A stretch of DNA of 63,473 nt, the filler included, from Circinaria calcarea (lineage: Eukaryota): assembly GCA_051942165.1 (NCBI GenBank). It is 25 parts of 25 records of this genome, joined end to end, with 100 filler letters (N's around TTAATTAATTAA, not from the genome) between each part and the next. Parts side by side here need not be neighbours in the genome. Positions count along the whole stretch, not along the records: positions 25,490 to 27,932 come from JAVECS010003531.1; positions 28,033 to 30,475 come from JAVECS010003532.1; positions 30,576 to 33,018 come from JAVECS010003533.1; positions 33,119 to 35,560 come from JAVECS010003534.1; positions 35,661 to 38,101 come from JAVECS010003535.1; positions 38,202 to 40,642 come from JAVECS010003536.1; positions 40,743 to 43,183 come from JAVECS010003537.1; 18 more parts are not named here. One strand, 5' to 3'. The notes below the pieces were generated by a model, which was given only the letters and a program-made list of their open reading frames with translations, did no database searches and was not told the DNA's origin. Numbering within the stretch: position 1 is the stretch's first letter; every line of letters begins with the position of its first letter. This document shows, in pieces, positions 26,922 through 40,988 of the stretch. The position numbers and the translations under genes are program-made.

Positions 26922-27740
26922 GGTATTATCAAAATTGTATGAGTGCTTCGGCCTTGGTATACTGTGTGTATAGTCGATTTCAGTACTTTGTACGAAAAGG
27001 TTTTGGCGACGCTCTCAAAGGTGGATGTTGAAAGAAAAAAGAAAGATAAAGAGAGAAGGCATTGATATACGTAGCAGAGATTCCCACCTCAAACATCTTT
27101 GCATTGTGTTCTAAGAAGGGCATCGTACGCATTGATACCATATTAGTCAAGCCAGTAACACTGCATTCGTTGGCGATTGTCCCGACTGATACGTCCGTAA
27201 ACATGTTGTTGATGCAAAACCCGACTGCTACGTCCGTAAACATGTCCGAATCGTGGAAGTCGTAGGGATACGCGCTTAAGAAACGCAAAGCGCTTACCAT
27301 ACGGCCTTTATGCTCTGCAAGATGCTTTGGCGCCGACGGAGTCGGGGGAATAGACTGCGAACTACCCACCACTCTGTAGGAGAGGGTACCCAACTTTGAG
27401 CCGGGTCATTAACATGTCCGCTGATTGCAAGGTATCTATTCGCAAGTTCTCTCTTCCCAGTATGGTGGCTTTCTCACCTTCTCATCCTACACATCCAACT
27501 TGCATCCCACACCTCCAAGTTCCATCCCGCACCAGAATAGTATCGTACCTCTACCCTTGTTCCCTATTCCGGTTTTTCGCATACGCATATTCGAGTTCCC
27601 CGGTTCAATACGCTTTCGGAACTGGAGGTTATCCCACACGTTTCCCCTCGACCGGGGAATTCCAATTTGCCAACCCCAGTACCCTCGGCCGAAGCTAAAC
27701 GTTATAGTCATTATAGCGACCATATATCTCACCAAAAAAA

Positions 27741-27829
27741 GGGACTATGGTCTAGTGGTCTGGGTGGCTTCTTCCACCCCCAGTTCACGCCATTCCAGAG
27801 GTTCGCGGTTCGAAACGCACCTGGGCCCA
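27741..27829 (+). tRNA. Degenerate tRNA-like element (tRNA pseudogene or SINE head)
   Basis: Acceptor-like stem GGGACTA/TGGGCCC-A, A-box TGGTCTAGTGG and B-box GGTTCGAAAC. The T- and D-stems pair poorly and there is no poly-T terminator. Confidence 0.4.
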
Positions 27830-28042
27830 AGAATCAGAGTATAGAATTCCCCTTCCCTTGTAGATATATATATGATGTAAACAATATTCCACCTCGGATG
27901 TGGTGAGTTTCGTAGCCATGATCGAAGCTTTGNNNNNNNNNNNNNNNNNNNNNNNNNNNNNNNNNNNNNNNNNNNNTTAATTAATTAANNNNNNNNNNNN
28001 NNNNNNNNNNNNNNNNNNNNNNNNNNNNNNNNCAAGGTCACC

Positions 28043-29592
<1,550 letters not shown>

Positions 29593-30575
29593 GAAAAGAC
29601 CAGGGTGTGTTGATCGTTTCTTCCATTATTGATATGAAGCCTGCTATAAAAGAGGAGTCTTTCAAGCTGCTGTCGTCAGTTTGTTCTTTCAAATTAGCGA
29701 CTCTGTCTAATATCCGGTTAACCAGTGGTGGAGGTCTGTGACATGAATGTGTAGAGGAGAGATTATGAAATAGTTCTTATACCTTATGACAATTATCACT
29801 CTTGATACTCTACCAGACCTGAGCCAAGCAAGCTTGATTCTCGTCTGCAATGTTGATCCACACCATCAGTCCGGTAATGTGAACGCAACACGGGGAGAAT
29901 GGATAAACCCAGCACCGGATCTCCTTCCCTATATGTCTATTATCGGGCGGATACCATACTGCTAAACCCATTTGCTAGTCTCTTTTCACACAAATCAACA
30001 CTCGCGTAGCCCTATCAACACAGGCACCTCCCACCTTATACCAAATGGCCCTTCACGTCCTTCTCTACCTCGTTCTTCTCTTCCGCAAACAAACTTTCCT
30101 CTTCCATCGACGCACAATTACCTCCACCCTCCTTCCAAACCACTACAAGCCTTCTCAACCGAAGCGTTGAACCTATCAATACAGTCCAGCATACATACTG
30201 GCCCCTAGGGCCCATCCTCACCTCCCGAAACCAACAGCCAACAGCCAAGAACCCAAAAGCCCAAAAGCCCAAAGCCAAGAAGCCAACCAGAACCAAACAG
30301 AACCAACCAAACCAAAAACCGAATAGAAAGAGAAAAAGGATAGAGAAAAAAGACAATGTGCATCTCCCACTACCACACCCACACGCCCTGCAATCACCTC
30401 ACGCACCAAGGCTACCTCCCCTGCGCCCTCGCCCTCGCTCGCGCCAACGCCAACACCTCCCGCCTCCAATCTCCCNNNNNNNNNNNNNNNNNNNNNNNNN
30501 NNNNNNNNNNNNNNNNNNNTTAATTAATTAANNNNNNNNNNNNNNNNNNNNNNNNNNNNNNNNNNNNNNNNNNNN

Positions 30576-31831
30576 TCGCCGATAAGTGCGCCTCCTGGAA
30601 AGGAGCATTTGGGTATCGATTGGAAGCCGCCTTCGTTAAGGGCACGTGCGCCGTATGTAAGGCATTTACCACCCTGGATGACAGATTTATATAGAGGATG
30701 ATGTTTCAACTTTTGAAATTCGCCATAGGGAGCGAGCCAAGGATTTGGATAATCGAGGCCAACAACCAGACCAAGGGATACAAGATTATCACCAAAGTGG
30801 TACATCCAACCACCACCATAAGTATCTGATGGTAGAGGGTAACCCATCGAATGCGTTACTTCGCCTTTTCGAAAGTTCTCCGGTTTCACCTCCCAGACCT
30901 CCTTCAGGCCAAGTCCATACGTTTGGGGCTGGCTATCCCGCCGCAATCTGTACTTCTTGATGACCTGTTTGGTCAAAGACCCATGACATCCCTCTGCAAA
31001 TAGCGTAACTCTGGCATGAAACTCCATCCCTCTCTCAAACGAAGGTTTTGGTTTGCCATCGCGTCCGATTCCAAGGTCGTTCGTAGCAACGCCTTTGACT
31101 GCTCCATCATCCGGTCTATATAAGACCTCGCTGGCTGCGAAACCTGGGTAGATCTCCACGCCCATTTCCTCTGCCCTTTCCCCCAACCACTTGCAGAATT
31201 CATTCAGGCTTATTATGTAGTTTCCATGATTGTTCATCTGCGGTGGCGCGGGTATAGGTATAGAGCTATTCTTCGTCAAGAAACGCAACTTGTCATGTGT
31301 AGCCGGGGTAGCATTCTCGAATCGAGACGGATTGTCGGGCGAATTCCAGTTGGGAAGAAGCTCGTCGACGGCAGAAGGCTCAATGACATTTCCGGAAACA
31401 ATGTGCGCACCCAATTCCCCCGCCTTTTCGAGGACTACCACCCTAAATTCCTCATTCCCTGCCTCGTTGGCTATTTGCTTTAAGCGTATTGCAGCGCTCA
31501 AGCCAGCGGGACCTAGAAAGAATCAGTATCTTAGATTGGGAAGGGCCAACTCTAGATTACCGCCGCCTACAATACAGACATCTACCTCGTCACTTTCCCG
31601 ATCCTGCTGCCGGGGGTCAAAGGAATCGTCAACGTCCGCAAACCTCCTCTGTGCAGCTGTAGAAAATGGTCGCCTGGTATGGGGGATTATCCTCGGCGGT
31701 GGTCTTTCATAGAGACATCTCCGTCGAGCCGGGGCAAAGTAGGAATATGCTCTTGAAGGTACCTTTGGCGATTGATATCCCGACAGTGATTTTGGCTTTA
31801 GAATGGAAAGAGGAGAAGTCTTGGGAGGCAT
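30576..31831 (-). CDS. CIR2: Electron transfer flavoprotein-ubiquinone oxidoreductase (mitochondrial), 3'-truncated
   Basis: Basic presequence; DVCIVGGG/PAGLSAAIRLKQ, LEKAGELGAHIVSG, LFAEGCHGSL, YGARALNEGGFQSIPK. Confidence 0.95.
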
Positions 31832-32240
31832 CTTCGCGGGTGCATAGAGTCTTCCAGCAAGAAGACGACCAACGTTCGTGGCGGTTGGAGAATTTTGATA
31901 GATTTACATACGACGTCAATCTGGAAAGCCCTAGCATAGCCTCGGCTTTGCGTGTTTCGCGTCGATCACCCGAACGTTCGGTTTGACCAATAGAAATGGT
32001 GTCGATGTTAAGCACGTGCGAAGACTATAAGATTGATGTTTAGAGAGAGATTTGATAGCTTCAACTTTTGTGTACGCTCGATGTGTATCTGATCTCCTAG
32101 TAAGACTACCAAACACTCCATGCTTCACACGCCATAAGTAAGGGAAAGTCCTGGTGCAGGAGAGTCCCCTATGCTAGCATTTCAAGAGTTTGAGATACAC
32201 AAACAAGACAACCTAATCTAGGTGGTCGAAATCCTTTAAT

Positions 32241-33018
32241 ATGGCGGGGCCGGTTCCAGAGCATTGTGACAGCATCTATCTCCGCAACCTACACGTCACT
32301 GCTATCGTTGGAAAAGATGCCTGGCGGAGGGAGTCCAAGCCGCAACCCGTCGTTTTATCCATTCGACTATTTACGGACATTGAAGATGCCGCTGAGTCGG
32401 ATGACATCCTCCAAACTACCAGCTATGGCAAGATATGCAAGGACGTGCAAAATTTTATTGACGCCAAGAGGTCTTTCGACCACCTCCTGGATCTCAACGT
32501 TGCAATATCGAACCTTGCATCCACGATGAAATGGGGAGGCACAGACCTGCAAATCATCAGTTCGGTACCCAAGGCACTACTTATGGCTGAAGGCGGACTC
32601 CAGCTTCTGACGGTTTTTAAACATCCACCTGAAATTCTTGTTGAGCCCTCTACACATAGAGTTATTCAAGACGCTACCTGGTCAGTCCATGGGCTCAAAT
32701 GTGCATGTATCATTGGCGTCAACCCTCATGAACGACTGAAAAAGCAAATCGTCGTCGTCTCTGTCTGTATTATTTTGCATGATATATTAAAATTGGAGCA
32801 CCTGGTGAGTGAGTGGATGAGAGAACAGTGGTCGGAACTTGTAGAGGACATCACTGAAGTAAGTTGAAGTGACAGTAGTCAAAGCCAACCAGTTGATGAT
32901 TTACTGACTTGTCTTAGACTGTAGAAGCCTCTTCCTACGAGACTCTAGAAGCACTTGCAACCAGAATTGCTGAAGAAGGGCTGGAAAGCCGGTTTCCAAT
33001 TAAACAGATTACTATATC
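32241..33018 (+). CDS. Tandem dihydroneopterin aldolase (FolB) domains, Fol1-like N-terminus, 3'-truncated
   Basis: DSIYLRNL..TAIVGKDAWRRESKPQPV…DD….SYG; second domain IIGVNPHERLKKQ.VVV…VEASSYETLEALA. Confidence 0.88.
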
Positions 33019-34250
33019 NNNNNNNNNNNNNNNNNNNNNNNNNNNNNNNNNNNNNNNNNNNNTTAATTAATTAANNNNNNNNNNNNNNNNNNNNNNNNNN
33101 NNNNNNNNNNNNNNNNNNATGGGGTAAAAGAAGTTCGTGATATCGTTAGTCGTCAATATTAGAAGTATCCAAGCAAGTAAGAGAGTAATGAGTGACCACC
33201 CCGATCCTACTGCGCACTGCTTTGTGCTTCAACTTCTGAATGAGCTGCTCATGAAGAACGAACAAGGGAAACGTGTGGAGGAGGACGTGGGGGAGAGTGA
33301 CGTGCAGTGTGACAAGAGCTATCAGGACGCTAACGAGCCGTGAATAGCCCGGCCTTAAAGGCGGCCCGTTCCCTTTCAACCTCACTTCACCTCTTTTGCT
33401 GCATGACGCTTTCAAGGTCAGCATGGACGGTGGCAGTGGAGGTCTGATGGGGACCGATATTGGCCATACAGCTTCATTTATTCAGACTTGATATCGAACA
33501 ACAGTGAGGTACGATCTATGAAAAAGACCTGGCTAGCTTGAAATTCGCCGTTGCTTCGATTGGCTCTGGAAGGACCTCTTTGCTGGGGAACTTGCTCGGA
33601 TCTATGCCATTTGAATCCACCGAGGAGTTCTTGCCGTTTCCACGGCTCAGTGGTCGATCCAGATCATACAGCGAGTCTTTGTGCACCAGCAGCACCTAGT
33701 CCAGATAACGACCGCAAGAGCTAAGCTTTCCACAGGCGTGCACGACCCATCCCCCTACAGCACGGTCAGCATGGGCGAGAAAAACCAAAAGTGCGCCAAT
33801 ACGTTGCCCTTTAGAAGAACATTGCTGGGATTTTATCGTTGAGACTCCAAGAGCTTAAGATGACTATAACCTTCACGGGTTCTCCATAGGAGACACACGG
33901 TTAGTGAGCGGGCATTTTGATATTAGGAAATGGGCGCTGTGACAGCAACAGCAGTCATATATTTAGTATAGGCATCAATTATCTCACTAGTCTCGCAATA
34001 TAATAAGTGATAGCATATATTTGTTGCAGGTAAACCAGGTTAGGATGTGGCAAATAGATATCCTTATGAGGTTTATTACCCAATTCACTATCACCAATAC
34101 TCTACTCAACTCATCTTCGAGTGTATAGAAGATACTTGAACTAATTCGACTAAAATATCGAGAGACATTTCCCATCTCCCCGATGTAATCTTGGCTGCCC
34201 AGCACATAGCAATAGATATCCGCATCCAAGATTAGCATTCGTCATCGTAA

Positions 34251-35560
34251 ATGAACGAGTATAAACTCTCCGCCTCCCTTGAGGGGCATGAAGACGATGT
34301 AGGTACAGAAAGACCTATCCTCATCTCCCCTCTCCAGCCAACGCAGAATCGTCATATACTTACGGAACCAGGTCCGCGGCGTCGTATTCCCTCATCCCAG
34401 CTTCGTCCTCTCAGCCTCTAGAGATGCCACAGTCCGTCTTTGGAAGCTTCTTTCCTCCTCTCCTCCCAAATACGATTGCTCGATCTCGTCACATAGCTCA
34501 GCCTTTATAAACGCTGTGGCCTACCTGAAACCTACATCGACCTATCCCGACGGTTTGATTGTATCTGGTGGCAAGGATACAATTATAGAAGTACGGCAAC
34601 CGGGGAAACCACCGGAAGAGAATGCAGAAAGCCTACTTCTTGGACACAGTCATAATATATGTGCATTGGATGTCAGCCAAAAGGGAGACTGGATAGTCAG
34701 TGGTAGCTGGGATGGTTCTGCCAGAGTATGGGGGGTAGGGAAGTGGGACTGTACCGCCGTATTGGAAGGCCACCAGGGTAGTGTTTGGGATGTATTGGCA
34801 TATGATCAAGACACCATCATTACAGGTGAGTCTCAATGATTCCTCAAAACCGCATCAGACTTGCTAATTGCTGATACTATATAGCCTGTGCTGACAAGCT
34901 CATCCGTCTCTTCAGCCCTACAGGGAAGCTACTGCATACCATCAAGGGTAATACCGATGTCGTTCGAGCTTTGTGTGTAGTTACCAAAGGGCACACGTCT
35001 AGAGCAGACTTTGCCTCTGCAAGTAATGACGGCATCATACGACTCTGGCAGCTGAACGGACGTCAAGTCGGCGAACTACGTGGTCATGATAGCTTTATAT
35101 ACTCCCTCGCTTCTCTACCTGATGGTGATATCGTCAGTTCCGGTGAAGACCGGACAGTACGGATCTGGAGAGGAAATAGCTGTATCCAGACTATTACTCA
35201 CCCTGCAATCTCGGTGTGGAGTGTTGCGGTCTGCTTGGAGAACGGTGACATTGTGAGCGGAGCCAGTGACAGAATCGTAAGGATATTCAGCAGAGGGGTT
35301 GAACGGCAAGCAGAACCGCAAGTAATCAAGGCCTTTGAAGATTCCGTCAAGTCTTCCTCGATACCCCAACAGCAAGTCGGCGATGTCAATAAAGAGAAAC
35401 TACCAGGCCCGGAGTTTCTCACTCGGAAATCTGGGACAAAGGAAGGCCAGGTTCAAATGATACGAGAAGCAAACGGAAGTGTCACTGCACATCAATGGTC
35501 ACAAAGCACTCAGCAGTGGCTGAATGTTGGGACCGTGGTGGATGCTGTTGGAAGTAGTGG
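34251..35560 (+). CDS. DOA1: Ubiquitin-homeostasis WD40/PFU protein Doa1/Ufd3/Lub1 (PLAA), 2 introns, 3'-truncated
   Basis: MNEYKLSASLEGHEDD/VR; WD repeats IVSGSWD, FASASNDG, SSGEDRTVRIW; GTKEGQVQMIR…W.NVGTVVDAVGSS. Confidence 0.95.
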
Positions 35561-35660
35561 NNNNNNNNNNNNNNNNNNNNNNNNNNNNNNNNNNNNNNNN
35601 NNNNTTAATTAATTAANNNNNNNNNNNNNNNNNNNNNNNNNNNNNNNNNNNNNNNNNNNN

Positions 35661-36147
35661 GGGGACAAGGGAGGCGGGGACAAGGAGGGAAAAGGGGTCA
35701 AAGACGAGTGGACCGGGATCATGGGGTTTACGGGAGATGGATTCCCCGTCGTCGGAGAGGCGGAAACGGGATTATGGGTGTGCGCGGGGTTTAACGGACA
35801 CGGTGCGTCTGGAATTCTCACACGCCCCCTTTTTCCCCCAAATTTTCAAACTCATCTTAGCAAAAAAAGATGTTTGCTTTTGTGTTTCGACTGCTTTTTC
35901 TGTTTAGAGTCGCCTCCCTCAGTGCTGCAGGTGACTCCCAATCGACTAACTCTCTCTTTGTATCCGGTCGGGGGAGGATACAGGAATGGCATTTTCCTTC
36001 CGCTGCGCCGAAGCCGTTGTGACGATGCTGCTGGGCGGGACCGAAGCGGAAAGGCAGGTGCGGAAGTGGTTACCGGCTTGTTTCCGCATCGACAGGTTGA
36101 GGCTGCGTGGGATTGGGGGGAGGGGGAAGGAGAAGGGGAAGCTGTGA
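35661..36147 (+). CDS. FAD-dependent oxidoreductase (DAO/glycine-oxidase family), C-terminal fragment; intron ~35793-35983
   Basis: WTGIMGFTGDGFPVVG…GLWVCAGFNGHG/MAFSFRCAEAVVTML…WLPACFRI. Confidence 0.85.
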
Positions 36148-36876
36148 ATAGAACTTTGTATAGAATCATATCGGATACAGGGAGGGTTCTAGCGATAAAA
36201 TGCTTCCCCCTTGGAACGGTGTCATGTTCACATCCATCCACCAGAACATTCCCTTCCTCCTCCCTTTCACCAGAGTACACCCCCTCCCCTTTCCCCCACA
36301 TTTTTCCAAATTTTCCAAATTCCTCCCTCAAACCAATCAAACCGACCAACCCCCCAAAAAAAACCGGGCAACGTCCCAGGACGGGTCGATACTCGATATT
36401 TGATAATCGATATTTGGCCCCCTTGGGTTTGGGGTAGGGTAAAAAGTGGCTAGCGTGTGCAATGTGCAATATGTATATGCAACTGGCAGGCTGGGATGGG
36501 GATTCCCTGTCTTTTTTTTTTTTGGATTTTGGATTGATAGGACTTGTAAATTAGAGGGGGGCCGGTTCGAAAAAGGGGCCTTTTCCGTGTGTCTATATCT
36601 ATGGGTTTTGCATCTATGGGGCTTTTGGTGATTAAGATTATATAGATATAGAAATATAACCTCTCTATATATATGGGCGATTTGCGATTACGATTGCGAT
36701 TACCAAAGCGAGACGAAAAGCATAAAGTGAGGTAAAGTAGGAAAGAGAAAGAGAGACAAAAAAGGAAACAAGTTCAAGGGGGCCCTTCAAAACTCGGGGT
36801 TTTTTATACATCTCTCTCCCGACCCCTCCCCATCCCTCCCCACGTAATGCGCAAGGCTATCCAAAAAGGGGAAAGG

Positions 36877-36942
36877 AAGCAGAAGCAGAAGCAGAAGCAG
36901 AAGCAGAAGCAGAAGCAGAAGCAGAAGCAGAAGCAGAAGCAG
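36877..36942. repeat. (AAGCAG)n microsatellite, ~11 copies
   Basis: Seen directly. Confidence 0.95.
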
Positions 36943-37118
36943 ATTTCCTGGGAAGGCAAGGACTCGAAGGAGAGTTGGGGGTTTTTGGGGGAGGGGGATG
37001 TTATTCAAAGAACATTCCGGCATTCCCCCCATGCGGGATGGAATTCCCAACCTTCACCGAACGATTTGTGCAACGAGCGTTTTTTCATTTGGCATTGGGA
37101 TTGGCAGAAATTTGGGTT

Positions 37119-37149
<31 letters not shown>

Positions 37150-37816
37150 ATATACTTTGTAGCGGATGGGAGGAAAAAAAAGTTTTCCAATCGATTACAA
37201 AATCAAATGGACAATTACGTCCGCCTAATACGCCGCCCTTTTAATAGCCCAGGCTAGCCACATTCTCGAACTGATAACATGGAGAACTTCGCTGTGCCGC
37301 TAAACACCGCAAGGGTGATGCTCCAACTAGCTAGGGGCCACTGCCTTGATATGGACGAGGGAGAGTTACATGCTTGTTCAGGTAACAAGTAGATATTTGA
37401 CATTCATTCAGAAACGCCCTCGACGAAGGGGGAACGCCGTGCGAATGTTGAAAATACCCAAGGTGTGGGACGCCCCCCAGAAGTCAGAGCTTCTTGTGGA
37501 AGCGGAGATGGCGCCCCATCGCTAACGACGCCCGCTGGTAATCTTATCATGCCCATCTTCTCCAGTTTCAACAACGACGCCAAAATGACGTTTGTAGTTC
37601 TTACGTACTCTTTAGATAGACGCGCACGTCTGTCTGGACCATAGCCGGTCACCTGCAGTCGAGCAGGCAGGATTGAAATCTCCCTTTGGATTGTGACAGG
37701 GTCAAAGTCCTTGACGGGGGGCCGACGAAGGGTAGTAACGGTACTAAAATCTAGCGTCGTTCTGTCCGGAGAGGCACCTCTCGAAAAGGGGCCGGTAGAG
37801 GAGATGTCAATCGTTC

Positions 37817-38101
37817 CTATATCGCGGGAGCATTCCAGCATTCTCGATTAATCTTCATTAATGCCGCCTGCTTGAAAGGAAAAGCAATTTCGCCTTCCTT
37901 GTAGAACCCAACGTCCTGCAGATACCCAATAAATCTATAAAGCAGTTAGCATCGCTCCATAAAGGACATTATATCACCATTCATACTTTTCATTATCCAC
38001 CCTTGGCTCCAAGAAGACCCTTTGAGTCCTCTGATCGGCAAGCCAGCAGTAATGCACCAATGCACTCAGCCAAACCTTCACCCTCTCCTTTCCTCTGAAT
38101 T
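37817..38101 (-). CDS. Siderophore N5-hydroxyornithine acyltransferase (SidL/SidF-like, Acetyltransf_8), C-terminal fragment; intron 37935-37986
   Basis: Hand translation: [77 protein letters not shown]. It is absent from the ORF track. Confidence 0.85.
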
Positions 38102-38201
38102 NNNNNNNNNNNNNNNNNNNNNNNNNNNNNNNNNNNNNNNNNNNNTTAATTAATTAANNNNNNNNNNNNNNNNNNNNNNNNNNNNNNNNNNNNNNNNNNN
38201 N

Positions 38202-39112
38202 CCTTTGGGGATGCCTGGGTATTTACAGGTATATAGTTGTTATCCATTTGCAAACGTCTGGTGCGGGCTTTCTTTCTGGCAAGGAACCAGGCACCTGCGG
38301 CGAGGATGGCTAGTGTGGCTCCGAGACCAACGCCGACGCCTATACCGATCTTTGCGCTGGTGCTGGGCGAGGGCGAGGATGAGGATGAGGGAGAGGGAGA
38401 GGGAGAGAGAGAGGGAGAGAGAGAGGGAGAGAGAGGGAGAGGGAGAGGGAGAAGGTGATGGACTTGGGGTAGTTGTGCTCGCGCTAGAGCTAGTTCAAGT
38501 AGTCACGCTTGATGTACTTGAGGTGACTGCTGAGCTGCTCAACGCCGCGCCGATGATGTTCGCAATAGCAGTCCCTTGACCCTAGTTGTAGTAGGTCGTA
38601 TTTATTTCGCTACAGCAGTAGCTTCCATCCGGGCACTAAAGGACCAAGACATCTTCCTGCGTGTAATCATGGGACTCGCCCGTTATTTCTCCTGCAATTC
38701 CTAACCGTCAACACCACGAGCAATTAATACACACTCTACTCCTAGTATAAGCCCCCCCCCTAACCCTCTCCCAGCCTTAAACTTACTAGGGTTAATAGTA
38801 TATTAGTTCAAGCATAATAGGCTTTTTCTGCGTCGGGTCCGTATAACTTTTCCGCCAAGGGCGCGTCAAAATATTATTTCCTTGATTATTATTAATATAA
38901 TTCTTATATAAGCCGTTCGGAAGGTATTTATCTGGAAACAACTCCCGATTTATCGCGTAATATATGGATATTATTCCGACCTGGGAGTTATATGATAAGT
39001 TATCTATTGCAGTCACCCGGGTGCTATTAGGAAAATAGTATTCCGCGAGCACTTGGGCGGAGAATAAGAAAGCCAGGCAGGGGAAGAGGAAAATACGTTT
39101 TCTAGCTTACAT
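38202..39112 (-). pseudogene. RIP-mutated pseudogene of a Cys-rich/Ser-Thr-rich single-pass cell-surface protein
   Basis: ATG is followed immediately by TAA, then a signal-like stretch. Tyr stands at expected Cys positions, there are in-frame TAG codons at 38636 and 38582, and CPDGSYCC, an S/T/P stalk and the TM segment AKIGIGVGVGLGATLAILAAGAWFL-RKK are retained. Confidence 0.8.
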
Positions 39113-40126
39113 GTTGGTGCTGGAGAGTTAGAATCCGTAAACGTGAAGAGGGCCATTAGGTACCGATGAGAGTGGGATCCCACACGACCAGGCTAGGCTC
39201 AGCTCTTTTGACGGACTGGCGGTGGATGCAACCCCATTCAAATGTGGAGAGTGGGACCCAATGGCGGTCCAACCAATCTGTACCAATCACATAGACGCCA
39301 TATTCATGCAGCCCTGGAGCAGGATGCGCCAATTGCAGCGCGCCAGAACTTTTTTGTCCGACGGTGTAAGGTGTTCCTGTGGTCATGCTCTCCAGCTGTG
39401 TTTGGAAGAGATGAGATAGCATAAGCCGCATAAAAACAGCGTGTTTGAATAATACCATGATAACGTGCCCCACCTCCAACGGCAGCAACTCCCCGCACGA
39501 TGAAGGGATTTCCAGCAGATTTCCATTCTCTCAAGCCTCCATTATCATTTTGGCCGAGAACAGAAATACATAGGGACCGCAAACGTTGCCCTCTTCCCTT
39601 TTAAGCTACTCGTGCGTCAAGCGACCGGATGTCAACATGCCCGTTGCCGAGTACCGCCGAGAGTTTTATATCGCCACATAAACACCAAGGTCTTATTTCC
39701 GGGAAAACCGGAACTCGTCAAGTGAAGCCTACAACGCACGAAACGATTTACTAATCTCTCCCTTTTCTGTGGGATTTGTTCGTGCGCAGATGAGTTGCGT
39801 GGAAATGGGAGGCTAAGGGGGTTCCTTCAAGGTCTTGGAATACCCGCCCCGGGGAAAAAAGAGATATCCTTGCTGCGAGTCTGTGAGATAGTACTTGGTT
39901 GGAGAGACATTCATGAGCATTATGGTGGGAAGGAGCGCCTTGGGGTTCCTAGATGTGACATAGCTTTGCCATGGTAAATGGAAAGAAGCTACCTGAACCA
40001 AGTCACCCCGAGTTTCTTTGCTATCCTCCTGCCTTGCAGTCGTTGAAAACAGTCATCTTCTAACAATCTAGCCGCTGAGCGAGAGCGATATGCCAATACA
40101 GCGGGAGAGACAGAGCTCTGGTTTAC

Positions 40127-40642
40127 TTATTTGGGAATCGCCATAATGATACTGTCTCGAAGTTCTTCCGTATAGGTCCAAATCTTGACAATCTTCAGAC
40201 CTGCGGCTTCCATCAAAGAATACCATTGCTTCTCGGACCTTTCCATCGCGGCCAGAGCGGACATCACCAGCAGGTCGAGTTGGGTGGCTCGCCAAGGTGC
40301 TTTTTCGTTTGGCAGAATCATGTCATCGATCAAAATAACAGAGTCCTTATCCATAGCGGCCATGATGTTATGGAGAATAGCGATGCATTTTTCGTCCGGA
40401 TAATCATGCATGATGTTACGCATGTAGTACGCTCTGGCTCCCTTGATGGGCTGGGGAGTCCAGAAATCGTAGGGCATCACTTCTACGCCGTCCGTTGGTA
40501 TGGCTTGTTGGATGGTCTGGGGTAGATCTTGAAGAATGACGCGGCCCGGAACATTGGGGTATCTTGCTTTCAATACCTGGCATTGATGTCCGAGACCACC
40601 GCCGACGTCCACGAATAAAGGAGTATCCGGGTTGAGGTGATG
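40127..40642 (-). CDS. SAM-dependent O-methyltransferase (Methyltransf_2, secondary-metabolism type), C-terminal fragment
   Basis: LFVDVGGGLGHQC, GRVILQDLP, YDFWTPQPIKGARAYYMRNIMHDYPD, ERSEKQW. Confidence 0.93.
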   Translation of the reverse strand, partial: HHLNPDTPLFVDVGGGLGHQCQVLKARYPNVPGRVILQDLPQTIQQAIPTDGVEVMPYDFWTPQPIKGARAYYMRNIMHDYPDEKCIAILHNIMAAMDKDSVILIDDMILPNEKAPWRATQLDLLVMSALAAMERSEKQWYSLMEAAGLKIVKIWTYTEELRDSIIMAIPK

Positions 40643-40988
40643 NNNNNNNNNNNNNNNNNNNNNNNNNNNNNNNNNNNNNNNNNNNNTTAATTAATTAANN
40701 NNNNNNNNNNNNNNNNNNNNNNNNNNNNNNNNNNNNNNNNNNAGATGATATTGGGATGATTGATTAATGTTTATAAACTATTTACTACATATTGCCGTGA
40801 AACTATTCAGGAAAAATGAATTTACTTCTTTTTTGGTGCTTCCGGAGCCCGTTTGGTGGGTTCCTGCCCAGGTGGTATTACCTACAAAGGGGACTGTATG
40901 GCCGCGATTCCAATATGGGGTGGGGTTTGATGAATTGTCCGGCTGATTGATGACCTCAATGGAAGAATGGAACAAGGCCAAATCCAAA

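Noticed and set aside
36787..37257. Poly-Leu and QK-repeat ORFs
   Set aside because: They are products of the (AAGCAG)n microsatellite.
37404..37841. 145-aa minus-strand ORF
   Set aside because: It overlaps the end and 3' region of the SidL-like gene in another frame and has no recognisable motif.
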